From contig JADHWO010000004.1 in assembly GCA_016783445.1 (NCBI GenBank), positions 11,212-75,211 on the forward strand: a DNA stretch of 64,000 bases, written 5' to 3'. Made by a program: the position numbers and the translations under genes. This stretch comes from Candidatus Aminicenantes bacterium. GTDB lineage: Bacteria; Acidobacteriota; Aminicenantia; Aminicenantales; Aminicenantaceae. The notes under the pieces were generated by a model, which saw only the letters and a program-made list of their open reading frames with translations, searched no databases and was not told the origin of the DNA. This document shows, piece after piece, positions 9,074 to 19,367 of the stretch. Numbering within the stretch: position 1 is the stretch's first letter; every line of letters begins with the position of its first letter.

Positions 9074-10417
9074 ATGAATAAAGTTTCTTTATTAAAAAAC
9101 AAGCTTTTAATACTCAGCTTATCCCTTTTTCTTTTTGGGTGGTACTCTTATTCTCAAGCTCAGGATGAAAAAAACCTACCTTTCCCCATAACTCTATTCA
9201 AATTAAAAAACGGGCTGCAGGTTATTCTCTCAGAAGACTCTTCCCTACCTCTTGTTTCGGTTGTTGTTGCTTATAATGTTGGCTCCATGTATGAGGAGCC
9301 TGGAAAGACTGGCTTGGCTTATTTGCTGGAGAATCTGATGTTCCAGGGTTCAGAAAATGTCAGCAGGATGCAGCACTACAGCATTATCCACAACGCTGGA
9401 GGGGAGCTTAATGCCGCTACCTCAGCAGATAAAACCATTTTTTTCCAAACTGTACCTTCCAACCAGCTTGCACGGGTGCTTTGGCTTGAATCGGACAGGA
9501 TGATGTCTCTTGAGATTAACGACTTAAATGTCCAACAGGTCAAAGATATTCTTATTGAAGAGATTCATCACAGGAAAGCAACCAATCCTTACCTGGAAAG
9601 TTATTATAGATTTGACCAGTTTATCTACCCTGATTTTTTTTACAGTCATCCTGTTATAGGAAACGAATCCGACTTAATAAACATAACAGTTGAAGATGTT
9701 AAAAAATTCTATTCCACTTTTTATAAACCTAATAATGCTGTCCTTTCAATTGCCGGAAATATAAACAAAAAGAAAGCAGAAGAGGAAATCAGAAAATATT
9801 TTGAAACTATACCTGAGGGGCAAAACTTCCCTCCTGTCACTTCTCCAAAGCTTCCAGAAAGAAAACCCATAATCAGAACTCATAAAGATCCTTCTGTCCC
9901 CTCTCCGGGTTTTCACCTAGGTTACAGGATGGCTTCTCCATCAACAGATGATTTCTATCCTCTTAGAATTATTGAGTATATTCTTCTACATGGGAAAACA
10001 TCCCGTCTCTACAAAAGGCTGATTAAAAGAGACCGTACTGCCTCCCATCTAAGCGGGAGCATTGAAATAAGGAAAAACCTTGCACGTTTAAAAATATTTG
10101 TTGTTTGCGGCAACACAACAATGATGGAGAGGAGTAAAAGGGCTATAATTTCTGAGATTAACAGGCTTAAAATGAGCCTTATATCTGAAAAAGAGCTACA
10201 AAAATCAAAAAATTTGTTTAAGATGGACTACATCAATCAGTATGCGACCTCTGGAGATAAGGCTCGATTCCTTGCCGAGAGTTTTCTTTCTAAAAAAAGC
10301 CTCGACCATCTAGCCAATGAGCTAAAAAAGTACCTTGCTGTAACTCGTGGTGATATTATAGGAATTATGAGGAAATATTTTACTCATGAAAGTATTACTC
10401 TTAATATAATAAAATGA
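9074..10417 (+). CDS. M16 (insulinase-family) peptidase-like protein with degenerate zinc site
   Basis: Signal peptide, LKNGLQVIL, YNVGS..E.PGKTGLAYLLENLMFQGS (HxxEH replaced by YLLEN), LWLESDRM and FYKPNNAVL. Confidence 0.85.
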   Translation: MNKVSLLKNKLLILSLSLFLFGWYSYSQAQDEKNLPFPITLFKLKNGLQVILSEDSSLPLVSVVVAYNVGSMYEEPGKTGLAYLLENLMFQGSENVSRMQHYSIIHNAGGELNAATSADKTIFFQTVPSNQLARVLWLESDRMMSLEINDLNVQQVKDILIEEIHHRKATNPYLESYYRFDQFIYPDFFYSHPVIGNESDLINITVEDVKKFYSTFYKPNNAVLSIAGNINKKKAEEEIRKYFETIPEGQNFPPVTSPKLPERKPIIRTHKDPSVPSPGFHLGYRMASPSTDDFYPLRIIEYILLHGKTSRLYKRLIKRDRTASHLSGSIEIRKNLARLKIFVVCGNTTMMERSKRAIISEINRLKMSLISEKELQKSKNLFKMDYINQYATSGDKARFLAESFLSKKSLDHLANELKKYLAVTRGDIIGIMRKYFTHESITLNIIK

Positions 10418-11889
10418 AAAAAATAAGAAGCCAATTAAAAAACGCCCTTCCCTTATTCCTTCTGATATTTCTATACTGGAATCCCCTTCTCTTCTCTCAG
10501 GAAAGATTTCGTAAATCTCCTCCCAATCCCGAACCGTTTACAGAACTAAGGCTTCCTGAAATAAATTATAAAACCTTCCCTAATAATGGCCTGACTTTAG
10601 CGATAATCCAAAGAGAAAATCTTCCAATCATCAGCCTTAAGGCAATCATTTTCTCAGGAGAAAGCTCCTCTCCGGAAAATCTTCCCGGGATAGCCACTCT
10701 CACGGCTAACATGATCAGCCGTGGGGTCTCTCACCTCACCTCTTCTAGAATTGAAGAAGAAATAGAATCCATAGGCGGAAGATTCTTTACCTCCATCCAT
10801 CCTGACCATTCAGTTTTTACTTTTACTTTTTTAGAAGAATATTTAGATCGAGCCCTCTCACTCCTGAGCAGAATGTTCCTCCAGCCCACGTTCTTAAGTC
10901 ACGAAATAGAGAATGTCAAAAGGTCAATGCAATACGGTATAATTCAGAATAAAACAGACCCGGAATTTCTAGCTAAAAGGCAACTCTTCCGACTTCTTTT
11001 CAGAGACCATCCTTATTACAAAGGCACCTTAAATGAGGATCTTATAAGATACTTAAACCAAAAAGATCTCATTTCTTATTTCAGAAATTATTACAGACCC
11101 AACAATGCACTTATTGTCTTAACAGGCAATCTGAATATCACGGCAACCGAAAGACTGGTAAGCCGCTATTTTTATTCCTGGCGAAAAAAAGAGCTTTTAA
11201 ACTCTCCCTTACCCCCACCTAATCCCTTCACAGAACAAAAAGTCTGCTTGATCGACCTCCCAGGAGCCAAAGATGCCACAATTTACCTTGGAAATGTTGT
11301 TTACCCTGTAACCAGCCAGGATATCTTCCCTTTAATTGCTTTAAATCAAGTCCTTGGCGGCACACCCAAAAGCCGTCTTTTTATGAATCTCAGGGAATCC
11401 AAGGGATATGCTTACTATGCTTTTAGCAATGTGGGCTCCTTTAAGAGCTGCAGCATATTCTTTGTTAATGCAAGAGTAACACCTGAAGTCACATACTCTT
11501 CTATAAACGAAATTCTTAAAGAAATCGAAGGAATCACCAAAAATAAAATACCCATCCCCGAAATTGAACAGGCCAAATCCTATTTGATCGGAAATCTCTC
11601 TCTGCAAATAGAAACTTTTGAGAATCTTTCCTCCAAGGCTTCTGAATTTAATATCCTCAACATAGAAGATGAACTCTGGAGGAAATATTATGAAAACATT
11701 ATGCTAATCGATTCAGAGAGAGTTCTTGAAACAGCCGGCAAATACCCACTTCTTACCCCAGTTATCGTAATTGTTGGAGACAGCAGCATTATCCTCGACA
11801 ATATCAGAGAGTTCGGAGAAGTGGAATTATTCAATAAAAAAGGAGTTTCTCAGGGGATTCTGCATTTGAATAAAGGAGAAAAAAAATGA
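10414..11889 (+). CDS. M16 peptidase-like partner subunit
   Basis: Signal peptide, no HxxEH, YYRPNNA and VLGG..SRLFMNLRESKGYAY (R/Y motif). Confidence 0.85.
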   Translation: MKKIRSQLKNALPLFLLIFLYWNPLLFSQERFRKSPPNPEPFTELRLPEINYKTFPNNGLTLAIIQRENLPIISLKAIIFSGESSSPENLPGIATLTANMISRGVSHLTSSRIEEEIESIGGRFFTSIHPDHSVFTFTFLEEYLDRALSLLSRMFLQPTFLSHEIENVKRSMQYGIIQNKTDPEFLAKRQLFRLLFRDHPYYKGTLNEDLIRYLNQKDLISYFRNYYRPNNALIVLTGNLNITATERLVSRYFYSWRKKELLNSPLPPPNPFTEQKVCLIDLPGAKDATIYLGNVVYPVTSQDIFPLIALNQVLGGTPKSRLFMNLRESKGYAYYAFSNVGSFKSCSIFFVNARVTPEVTYSSINEILKEIEGITKNKIPIPEIEQAKSYLIGNLSLQIETFENLSSKASEFNILNIEDELWRKYYENIMLIDSERVLETAGKYPLLTPVIVIVGDSSIILDNIREFGEVELFNKKGVSQGILHLNKGEKK

Positions 11890-13556
11890 AACTTGTTGAA
11901 TGTGTTCCCAATTTCAGCGAAGGGCGAGACCGGGAAAAAATCAACACTATCACTATAGAGATTGAATCCACTCCCCAAGTCACGCTTCTTGACGTAGATC
12001 CCGGAGAATCAACCAACCGAACCGTTGTCACTTTTATTGGTTCTCCTGAAGGAGTGAAAGAAGCAGCGTTTAAAGCTATAAAAAAAGCAGCTGAAGTCCT
12101 GGATATGAGCAAGCACAAAGGGGCTCACAGCCGAATAGGAGCAACAGATGTCTGTCCTTTTGTTCCTGTTTCAGGAGTTACAATGGAAGATTGTATCCAG
12201 CTTGCCCACGAAGTAGGAGAAAGAGTCGGTAAAGAGCTTGGAATTCCGGTTTATCTGTATGAAGAGGCAGCCCAGAAGCCAGAGAGAAGGAATCTGGCAA
12301 ATATAAGAATAGGTGAATATGAAGGTCTTTCAGAAAAATTGAAAGACCCTGATTGGGCACCTGATTACGGCAAACCTGTTTTTAATCCAAAAGCTGGGGC
12401 CACGGTGATCGGAGCGAGAGAATTTTTAATCGCATACAACATAAATTTGAACACAAGCGACCGGAGACTCGCACAAGAAATCGCGCTTAACATAAGAGAG
12501 AGGGGGCGCGCAAAAAGAAATAAAGAAGGAAAGATAATAAGAGATGAGACAGGAAAGGCCATCAAGGTCCAGGGCAAATTCAAAGAAGTTAAGGCCGTAG
12601 GATGGTTTATTGAAGATTATGGAATTGCGCAAATCTCAATAAACTTTACAAACTATAAAATATCTCCGCCTCACATCGTATTTGATGAAGTTATAAAAGA
12701 AGCGGAAAAAATCGGATTAAGGGTTACGGGAAGTGAGCTAGTCGGCTTAATCCCTATGGAAGCTCTTCTTATGGCTGGCAGGTATTACATTGAAAAGCAG
12801 GGAAAAAGCCCGGGGGTCCCGGAAGAAGAGCTCATAAGAACAGCTGTTCTTTCTCTTGGCTTAAACGATGTTGCCCCGTTTGAGGAAAAAAAGAAAATCA
12901 TCGAATACCAGTTCAAAGAAACTGAAAACTCTTTGATTTGTCTCAATCTGCGGGAGTTTGCTAACGAACTTTCCGTGGATTCTCCTGCTCCAGGTGGAGG
13001 AAGTACAGCAGCTTTATGCGGAGCTTTATCCGCTTCTCTCTCCTCAATGGTCTCCAATTTAACAGTTGGCAAAAAAGGATATGAAACTGTCCAGAATGAT
13101 GTAAAAAAAATAGCCGTGAAAGCCCAGGCAATAAAGGATGAATTTTTAAGAGCTATAGATCTAGATGCGATAGCTTTTAACAAGCTTATGGGAGCCTCCA
13201 GGATGCCAAGGAAAACAGACGAGCAAAAACAAGAAAGGGACAAGGCCATAGAAGAAGCATCCAAAGAAGCAACTTTAGTTCCTTTTGAAGTACTGGAAAA
13301 AAGCATAAAGGCTCTAAATCTGGCTAAAGAGATTGCTCAAAAAGGGAATAAAAATTCTCTTAGCGATGCTGGAGTGGCAGGGCTTACAGCCCAGGCAGCC
13401 GCTGAAGGAGCTTATTATAATGTCAAGATAAACCTGCCAGGCATCCAGGATACTGAATTCAAATCAAAAATAAAGAGAAAAGCCACATCTTTAAAGAAAA
13501 AATCTGTAAAACTCGGGGATGAACTGAGAGAAATAATCGAGAAAGAGCTGAAATAG
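11886..13556 (+). CDS. ftcD: Bifunctional glutamate formiminotransferase/cyclodeaminase
   Basis: Motifs VECVPNFSEGR, HKGAHSRIGATDVCPF and GAREFLIAYN. The C-terminal cyclodeaminase domain has SPAPGGGS and GNKNSLSDAGV. Confidence 0.93.
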   Translation: MKLVECVPNFSEGRDREKINTITIEIESTPQVTLLDVDPGESTNRTVVTFIGSPEGVKEAAFKAIKKAAEVLDMSKHKGAHSRIGATDVCPFVPVSGVTMEDCIQLAHEVGERVGKELGIPVYLYEEAAQKPERRNLANIRIGEYEGLSEKLKDPDWAPDYGKPVFNPKAGATVIGAREFLIAYNINLNTSDRRLAQEIALNIRERGRAKRNKEGKIIRDETGKAIKVQGKFKEVKAVGWFIEDYGIAQISINFTNYKISPPHIVFDEVIKEAEKIGLRVTGSELVGLIPMEALLMAGRYYIEKQGKSPGVPEEELIRTAVLSLGLNDVAPFEEKKKIIEYQFKETENSLICLNLREFANELSVDSPAPGGGSTAALCGALSASLSSMVSNLTVGKKGYETVQNDVKKIAVKAQAIKDEFLRAIDLDAIAFNKLMGASRMPRKTDEQKQERDKAIEEASKEATLVPFEVLEKSIKALNLAKEIAQKGNKNSLSDAGVAGLTAQAAAEGAYYNVKINLPGIQDTEFKSKIKRKATSLKKKSVKLGDELREIIEKELK

Positions 13557-13559
13557 CTT

Positions 13560-14084
13560 TTGAGTAATTTATTGATTACCGGCCCTCCCCGCTGCGGGAA
13601 AACAACCCTGATAAAAAAAATCAGCCAGGATGTTTCTCTCTCAAATAAAGTGGGAGGCTTTATAACCGAGGAATTAAGAGAAAAGGGAGAAAGAGTCGGC
13701 TTCAAAATTACTTCTCTTCCTGATAACAAAGAAGGTATCCTGGCCAGGAAAGATTTTTCTTCTCCTTATCGGGTTGGAAGTTACGGTGTGAACACAAAAG
13801 ACCTGGAAAATATCGGTTGCTCTGCCATCTCAGAAGCCCTGTATTCTGAAAAGATCATCCTTGTGGATGAAATCGGCAAAATGGAGCTATTCTCAAAGAT
13901 ATTTAAGAATATACTTGCCCATGCTTTAGACTCGCCTCAAAAAATGCTGGCTACAATCATGGAACGAAGAAATGAATTTGTTGACAGGATTAAAAATAGA
14001 AAAGATGCAAAACTTGTTCATCTCTCTCGTAACAATTTTAACAATGTATTTACAGAGATTCTGAACTGGTTCAAAATGCCTTAA
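13560..14084 (+). CDS. THEP1-type nucleoside-triphosphatase
   Basis: Motifs ITGPPRCGKTTL, GGFITEE..RVGF and DEIGKMELFS. TTG start. Confidence 0.88.
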   Translation: MSNLLITGPPRCGKTTLIKKISQDVSLSNKVGGFITEELREKGERVGFKITSLPDNKEGILARKDFSSPYRVGSYGVNTKDLENIGCSAISEALYSEKIILVDEIGKMELFSKIFKNILAHALDSPQKMLATIMERRNEFVDRIKNRKDAKLVHLSRNNFNNVFTEILNWFKMP

Positions 14085-14093
14085 AAAAATGAG

Positions 14094-14633
14094 ATGAAAT
14101 CAATGAAAGAATATACAATAAAAAAAAGAAAAATTAAGCTTGTAGAGGGGAATATTGTTCTCCTAAATGTTGAAGCTATGGTCAATGCTGCAAATAAAAA
14201 TTTAATCTTAGGAGGCGGTGTTGCAGGAGCAATCCGGAATTACGGCGGGCCTTCTATCCAGGAAGAATGTAACAAAATTGGGCCTATAGAAGTGGGAGAA
14301 GCCGTATTAACAAACGCAGGAAACCTCAAGGCCAAATACGTCATCCATGCTGCTGGCCCTGTTTACGGCGAAGGGCAGGAAGAGGAGAAATTGCTCAATG
14401 CAACTCTGAACAGCCTTAAAATAGCAGAAAAAAATAAAATAAAAAACATGGCTTTCCCTGCCATCAGCTCAGGTATATTCGGCTTCCCCATACAGCAGTG
14501 CAGTGAAATTATGCTCAAAGCTGCCATGGAGTTTCAGGAAAATAATGAATATCCTCAAGAGATAATATTTTGTCTTTTTGGACAGGAAGCCTATTCTGTA
14601 TTCGAAAAGACTCTGGAAAAACTAACCTTGTAG
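14094..14633 (+). CDS. Macro-domain (ADP-ribose-binding/hydrolase) protein
   Basis: Motifs VNAAN..L..GGGVAGAI, VIHAAGP and AFPAISSGIFGFP. Confidence 0.9.
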   Translation: MKSMKEYTIKKRKIKLVEGNIVLLNVEAMVNAANKNLILGGGVAGAIRNYGGPSIQEECNKIGPIEVGEAVLTNAGNLKAKYVIHAAGPVYGEGQEEEKLLNATLNSLKIAEKNKIKNMAFPAISSGIFGFPIQQCSEIMLKAAMEFQENNEYPQEIIFCLFGQEAYSVFEKTLEKLTL

Positions 14634-14655
14634 GATTTTCTTAAAGAATTTTATT

Positions 14656-15276
14656 CTATTTTTCCCTCGTTTCTTTTACCGGAACAAATAAAAGAGGAAA
14701 TATTATATCACTCAGACAACAAGGAACCCAAACTGCTAGGAATAAAAACAAAAAAATGGGGAAAATTATAATCAAACTTACTGTTTGTCCTATAGCCATA
14801 AGGATATGGAATAAGGATGCCCAGGTGCTGAGTAACACATGTCCAGAATGAGAGAATTTAGTTTTTGGCACTAAAAGAGCTATTAATATACCCAAAAATG
14901 CTGCGCCATTTATTATCAATGGTTCTTCAATAAGGCCAATATGAATTCCTTTATTAGGCAGATTAAGTAACAACTCGCCCAAATATGGAATTAAAGAATC
15001 ACTTAAAGTAGCAATCACAATCGAGCCAGTGTAACCAATTATAATTCCCCATAATAATTTAAAATCCGTCCTATTGAGTTTATACATTGCTGTGGTCGCT
15101 ATTGCACTTAGGACTACATGGGCCGGATGTAAGATGTAAAAAATAATTGAAGAAACCCTGGAAACCTGGGAAAGGACATTAAAAAGAATTATAACAACAA
15201 TTAAAACTATCCCTGTGATCGCTCCAAAAGCGGTGAATGGTGCATGATTTTTAAGTTCCCTAAGTATCTGCCTCAT
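14656..15276 (-). CDS. Uncharacterised multi-pass membrane protein with His/Cys motifs
   Basis: 206 aa with about six hydrophobic segments. Contains HAPFT, HPAH, HSGH and PCCLSD. Confidence 0.7.
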   Translation of the reverse strand: MRQILRELKNHAPFTAFGAITGIVLIVVIILFNVLSQVSRVSSIIFYILHPAHVVLSAIATTAMYKLNRTDFKLLWGIIIGYTGSIVIATLSDSLIPYLGELLLNLPNKGIHIGLIEEPLIINGAAFLGILIALLVPKTKFSHSGHVLLSTWASLFHILMAIGQTVSLIIIFPIFLFLFLAVWVPCCLSDIIFPLLFVPVKETREK

Positions 15277-15458
15277 TTTTTTACCTTCTAATTAATTTTA
15301 AAACATTTTTAGTATCTCTTGTAAGGGCTTTTGTTTCAACTGATAATTCTTATAATATAAAAAAACGGCTAAAACAATCTTTTTTCCCAAAAGCCCAAAT
15401 TGATGAGAAAAAAGCTTTTTGATCATTCTAAAGGGTAAAGCCTTTCCTTCCACTCGAA

Positions 15459-18038
15459 TTATTTTCCAAATTGAATAATAACTTCTTTTCTCATATACCC
15501 TTCTTCATTCCTTTTAAAACGAATTTTTATCTTTTTCTCTAACTTCTCTGCCTCTTCCATTGTGGCTTCAACAACGGAGTGTACCAGCCTTGTTGTTAAC
15601 AGGCTCAAGCTGTATTCTTTCCCCCCTAATCCTTCAACAAGAATTCCTAGTTGATTGTTCTTATATTGAGCTCTTATTATCTTCAATCCCGTAGTTTTAT
15701 CGCCGATCTGAGGAAAAAAAGGAGGCAAATGGATAAAAATACTTTTTTCTGTCAATATTTCTATACGTGTATTCCCTTTAATCTCACAATCCAGCACAGC
15801 GCGAACTTCTCCGCTGTTCTCCTCTATCAGGAAATCTTTCTCTTTTCCATTGACTTTTACAGCCTTTACTTGGGCTCCATAACCCAGAGAAGGACAGAAA
15901 AAAATACGATACGGAACAAAAGCTTCAGAGTCGATCTGGCAAATCAATTTTTTCTCTGACTGTAATAAATTAAAATGGAAAATATCTTTTCCAATACGAA
16001 AATTTCTGACTTTAACTCTATCCCAGTTTCCGGGAAGGCTCGGCCTGAATTTAATTTCACTCTTCAGGGCATTTCCCCCTAATCCTAAAAGCCCTCTCAC
16101 CAGGCAAGTAATAACAGGAGAAGAAGAAAAAATCTGATGTGGAACTGATGCTTCGATCGGCTTAAAAAACTCCCCTGAAAAAAGCTCAGGACAAAATCCC
16201 AAAGCATCGATAAAAGTGTTAAAAGCCAGACTCATAAGGTGAGAATAACCGGCAAGAGAGCGGCCGTAGTTATACTCTGAAAGACACGCATAACCGGTCA
16301 GAAATGGCCAGACAGTTCCGTAGTTATAATTTAAAGGGTCATAATACGAGCTTTTAGGAGAAAGAGACCTAACGCCCCAGTCAGTGCTCATCTCAGAAGA
16401 AGCAAAAAGATCCAGGATATAATTGGCTCTTTCCTGAGGAAACTGTCTGAAAAAAAGAGGCATGAAGGGCCAAACTGTGGTTTCAGTAAGCGGTTTATCC
16501 TCTACGGTCAAAGCATGAGCATATTTTTTTTCTGCCTCCACCCAGAATTTGTCACGAAGTGTTTCCAAAGCTTTAGTATACGTTTTTTCTGCACCGCGGG
16601 AGAGTTTTTTTTCTCCCATAAGGTTCGCAAGCTCTGACAAGACCCTGTGAGCCTCTACAGATAAGGCTGCTAAATAAATATCCGATTTTGTCTTTTTCAG
16701 AAAAGCTCCTAGCTCCAGAGCAGCTAATCCCGCCACAGTATTTTCCATAAGGCCATCTCCATCTGTATCGGAAGAAAGAACGTACTTGTATGCTTTTTTT
16801 ATGGAAGGCCAGCTTTCCTTTATGAATTCTAAATCACCGGACCATTTGAGATAGTCATTTAAAGAAATGATATAATAGGGAGATGTCTCAGCATGGTAAA
16901 ATCCGTAAGGATATTTTTCAAACCAGGGAATAAACGCAGCACCCTGGGAGAGCTCATGCATGATTTTCCCATCCTCACGCTGATTCTTCCTTATGAAGGC
17001 TAAGCCCTGCCGCGTCACATCAAAATAGCCGTAACTGTTTATAGCCCAGGAATTGAAAAATGTATCCCCGCCAAAGAACCAGGCAAAACCAGGTCTTTCA
17101 CTTCTACCGGAAAGACCATATCCCGCCACAAGCCCGCATCCCAGTTGAGGGTTGCAGACAAAGGCTTTATCCACGGCCACTTTGGCCCACTGGAATGCTT
17201 GATTCAAACTCCTGTCCGGGGTTTGAACTGAGAGATACTCCTTTACCAAACTTTCATAATGATCGAATGTTCCTGAATAAAGCTCTTCAAAATCCCTTCC
17301 CAGCCGAGAATAAATATTTTCTGCTCTTCTTCTTCCGTCAAAACTTGCTGAAATAAATATGGGGATAAAAACCTGTTTTGAAACCTTTGGGTCCACATGA
17401 ATTTTCATCTTCATGTCTCCTTCAGGAAGGGCATGCGCCGGCCCTGAAGAAAACCTTTCACCTCCTGGACTTCCCACCAGAGCCACATTTTTTCCTGTGC
17501 CCTCGGAGATAACAAAATATTTTTTTCCACTATCCCAGTAACTGTACTGCCCGCCTAGCCCTGCAGGCCACATTGGTTTCAAATCAGGTGTGAAGCTCGC
17601 AATAATAGATAGAGGCTTGATGGACTCAACAGATAATAAGATCACAACTCCGGACTCTCTTAAGGGAGAGAAAAAAGTTTCTTTTACCGTAAAGGAAGAA
17701 TGAACATAGCGAAGAGTGGTCTGATGGGGATAAACATCTATTCTGTTTACTACCTCTCGTCCATCTACGATTTTATTATCTTCTTCAATTAAAAAATATA
17801 GTTGAAAATTGTGAAGGACTTTATATGGGTAGATCCAGATCTCTGTATTTCCATCCTCAGTACCCAAAACAGCACTCTTCTGGCCAAGGCTTTCAAAATA
17901 TCGGCCCGGTTGGACAGTACGGGCCAGGTGGAGCTCTCCGGTTTTAAGGGAAAATTTTTCAGGAAAATCTGCTTCACTTCCCCCAGCAGAGAAAAAATGA
18001 AAGAAGAGAATCCAAAAAAACAGCAATACTTTTTTCAT
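15459..18038 (-). CDS. Secreted six-hairpin glycoside hydrolase (amylo-alpha-1,6-glucosidase/GDE-like)
   Basis: Signal peptide, RPGFAWFFGGD, DTDGDGLMEN, DWGVRS..YNYGTVWPF and PELFSG. Confidence 0.8.
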   Translation of the reverse strand: MKKVLLFFWILFFHFFSAGGSEADFPEKFSLKTGELHLARTVQPGRYFESLGQKSAVLGTEDGNTEIWIYPYKVLHNFQLYFLIEEDNKIVDGREVVNRIDVYPHQTTLRYVHSSFTVKETFFSPLRESGVVILLSVESIKPLSIIASFTPDLKPMWPAGLGGQYSYWDSGKKYFVISEGTGKNVALVGSPGGERFSSGPAHALPEGDMKMKIHVDPKVSKQVFIPIFISASFDGRRRAENIYSRLGRDFEELYSGTFDHYESLVKEYLSVQTPDRSLNQAFQWAKVAVDKAFVCNPQLGCGLVAGYGLSGRSERPGFAWFFGGDTFFNSWAINSYGYFDVTRQGLAFIRKNQREDGKIMHELSQGAAFIPWFEKYPYGFYHAETSPYYIISLNDYLKWSGDLEFIKESWPSIKKAYKYVLSSDTDGDGLMENTVAGLAALELGAFLKKTKSDIYLAALSVEAHRVLSELANLMGEKKLSRGAEKTYTKALETLRDKFWVEAEKKYAHALTVEDKPLTETTVWPFMPLFFRQFPQERANYILDLFASSEMSTDWGVRSLSPKSSYYDPLNYNYGTVWPFLTGYACLSEYNYGRSLAGYSHLMSLAFNTFIDALGFCPELFSGEFFKPIEASVPHQIFSSSPVITCLVRGLLGLGGNALKSEIKFRPSLPGNWDRVKVRNFRIGKDIFHFNLLQSEKKLICQIDSEAFVPYRIFFCPSLGYGAQVKAVKVNGKEKDFLIEENSGEVRAVLDCEIKGNTRIEILTEKSIFIHLPPFFPQIGDKTTGLKIIRAQYKNNQLGILVEGLGGKEYSLSLLTTRLVHSVVEATMEEAEKLEKKIKIRFKRNEEGYMRKEVIIQFGK

Positions 18039-19210
18039 TCTTTTCCCTCCTTATTCAGGAAATTTGCACGCGCACCTTCTCTGATGTTTACCTCATAGAA
18101 TCCGGGCCGGACAAATCCTCTTTTTCCCGCTTCTTTAAGAAGTATATTTTTGAAAGCATCTGATTTCTCTTTTTTAATAAGGGCAATCCCTGAGCCTCCA
18201 AATCCAGCCCCTGTAAGACGGGCTCCTAAACAGCCGGAAAACTCCTGAGCTGAATCATAAAGCAAGTCAAGCTCTGGACAGGAAACCTCATAATTATCTC
18301 TTAAGCTCTTATGAGATTGGGAAATAAGCTGGCCCAGCATGAGAAAATCACTTTTCTTTATCGCCTCAACAGCCTTCTTTACCCTATTGTTCTCGCTAAT
18401 AACATGCCTGGCTCTCTTCAAAAGGACTTTATTGATTTTGTCTTTTCTCTCCTCAAGCACACTCAACGTAGCATCTTTATAACTATAAATCCCGTATTTT
18501 TTTAGAAGCTCAAGAGCACGAGAAGATTCCAGGCACCTCTTATTGTATTCTGAAGAGGACAATTCCCGACGGACGCCACTGTCAAAGACAAGGATTTGGA
18601 GCCCAGCTTTTTCCAGGTCGAGCGGAATGAGCTGATATTTAAGTATCTCACAATCCAAAAATAAAGCCTTGTTTTTCTGGCCAAAAATTGAAATAAACTG
18701 GTCCATAAGGCCGCACTTCACACCGACAAAATCGTTCTCTGCCCTGCGCGCAATCTCAGCCATCCGTTTGGGTTCAAGATCTAGCTTAAAAAGTGTGTTT
18801 AAACCCTGGACAATACTCACCTCAAGAGCCGCAGAAGAACTAAGCCCAGCCTCCAGAGGAATATCCCCCCATACAAGGCCATTTATTCCCTGAAGGTTAA
18901 AACCTTCTTCCTCCAGCGCCCAGAAAACACCCTTAACATAATTGACCCATTTATTCTGTTCTGAGTAACAGATTTTTTGGAGAGAAAACGTATCCTTCTT
19001 CTTAAAATTTTCTGCCCAGAGATAAACTTTTTTATCACTCCTTCTGGAGAGGAAAAAACAACTCCGGAGATCAATCGCCGCAGGCAAAACATAACCCAAA
19101 TTGTAATCGGTGTGCTCACCAATGATATTTATCCGCCCTGGTGCAGAAGAGAAAACTTCTGGATATGAATTGAAGATATCTTGAAAAACAAGGCCCAATG
19201 ATTTTTTCAT
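18035..19210 (-). CDS. galK: Galactokinase
   Basis: Motifs APGRINIIGEHTDYN, GLSSSAA, CGLMDQ, SHKSLRDNYEVS and GARLTGAGFGG. Start placed at ATG 19210, downstream of a predicted promoter. Confidence 0.93.
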   Translation of the reverse strand: MKKSLGLVFQDIFNSYPEVFSSAPGRINIIGEHTDYNLGYVLPAAIDLRSCFFLSRRSDKKVYLWAENFKKKDTFSLQKICYSEQNKWVNYVKGVFWALEEEGFNLQGINGLVWGDIPLEAGLSSSAALEVSIVQGLNTLFKLDLEPKRMAEIARRAENDFVGVKCGLMDQFISIFGQKNKALFLDCEILKYQLIPLDLEKAGLQILVFDSGVRRELSSSEYNKRCLESSRALELLKKYGIYSYKDATLSVLEERKDKINKVLLKRARHVISENNRVKKAVEAIKKSDFLMLGQLISQSHKSLRDNYEVSCPELDLLYDSAQEFSGCLGARLTGAGFGGSGIALIKKEKSDAFKNILLKEAGKRGFVRPGFYEVNIREGARANFLNKEGKE

Positions 19211-19367
19211 AAGGAGGTATATGAATTTTAAAGAAAACAAAAAAGAAAAGTCAAATGTAAAAATCAGCAATGAGAAGATTTAACAATTCTCTTGAATCTG
19301 TATAATTTTTATGTCATTATTCCACCTAATTTTTTAATAATATCTTTTATGTACCAGGAGGAATAAT

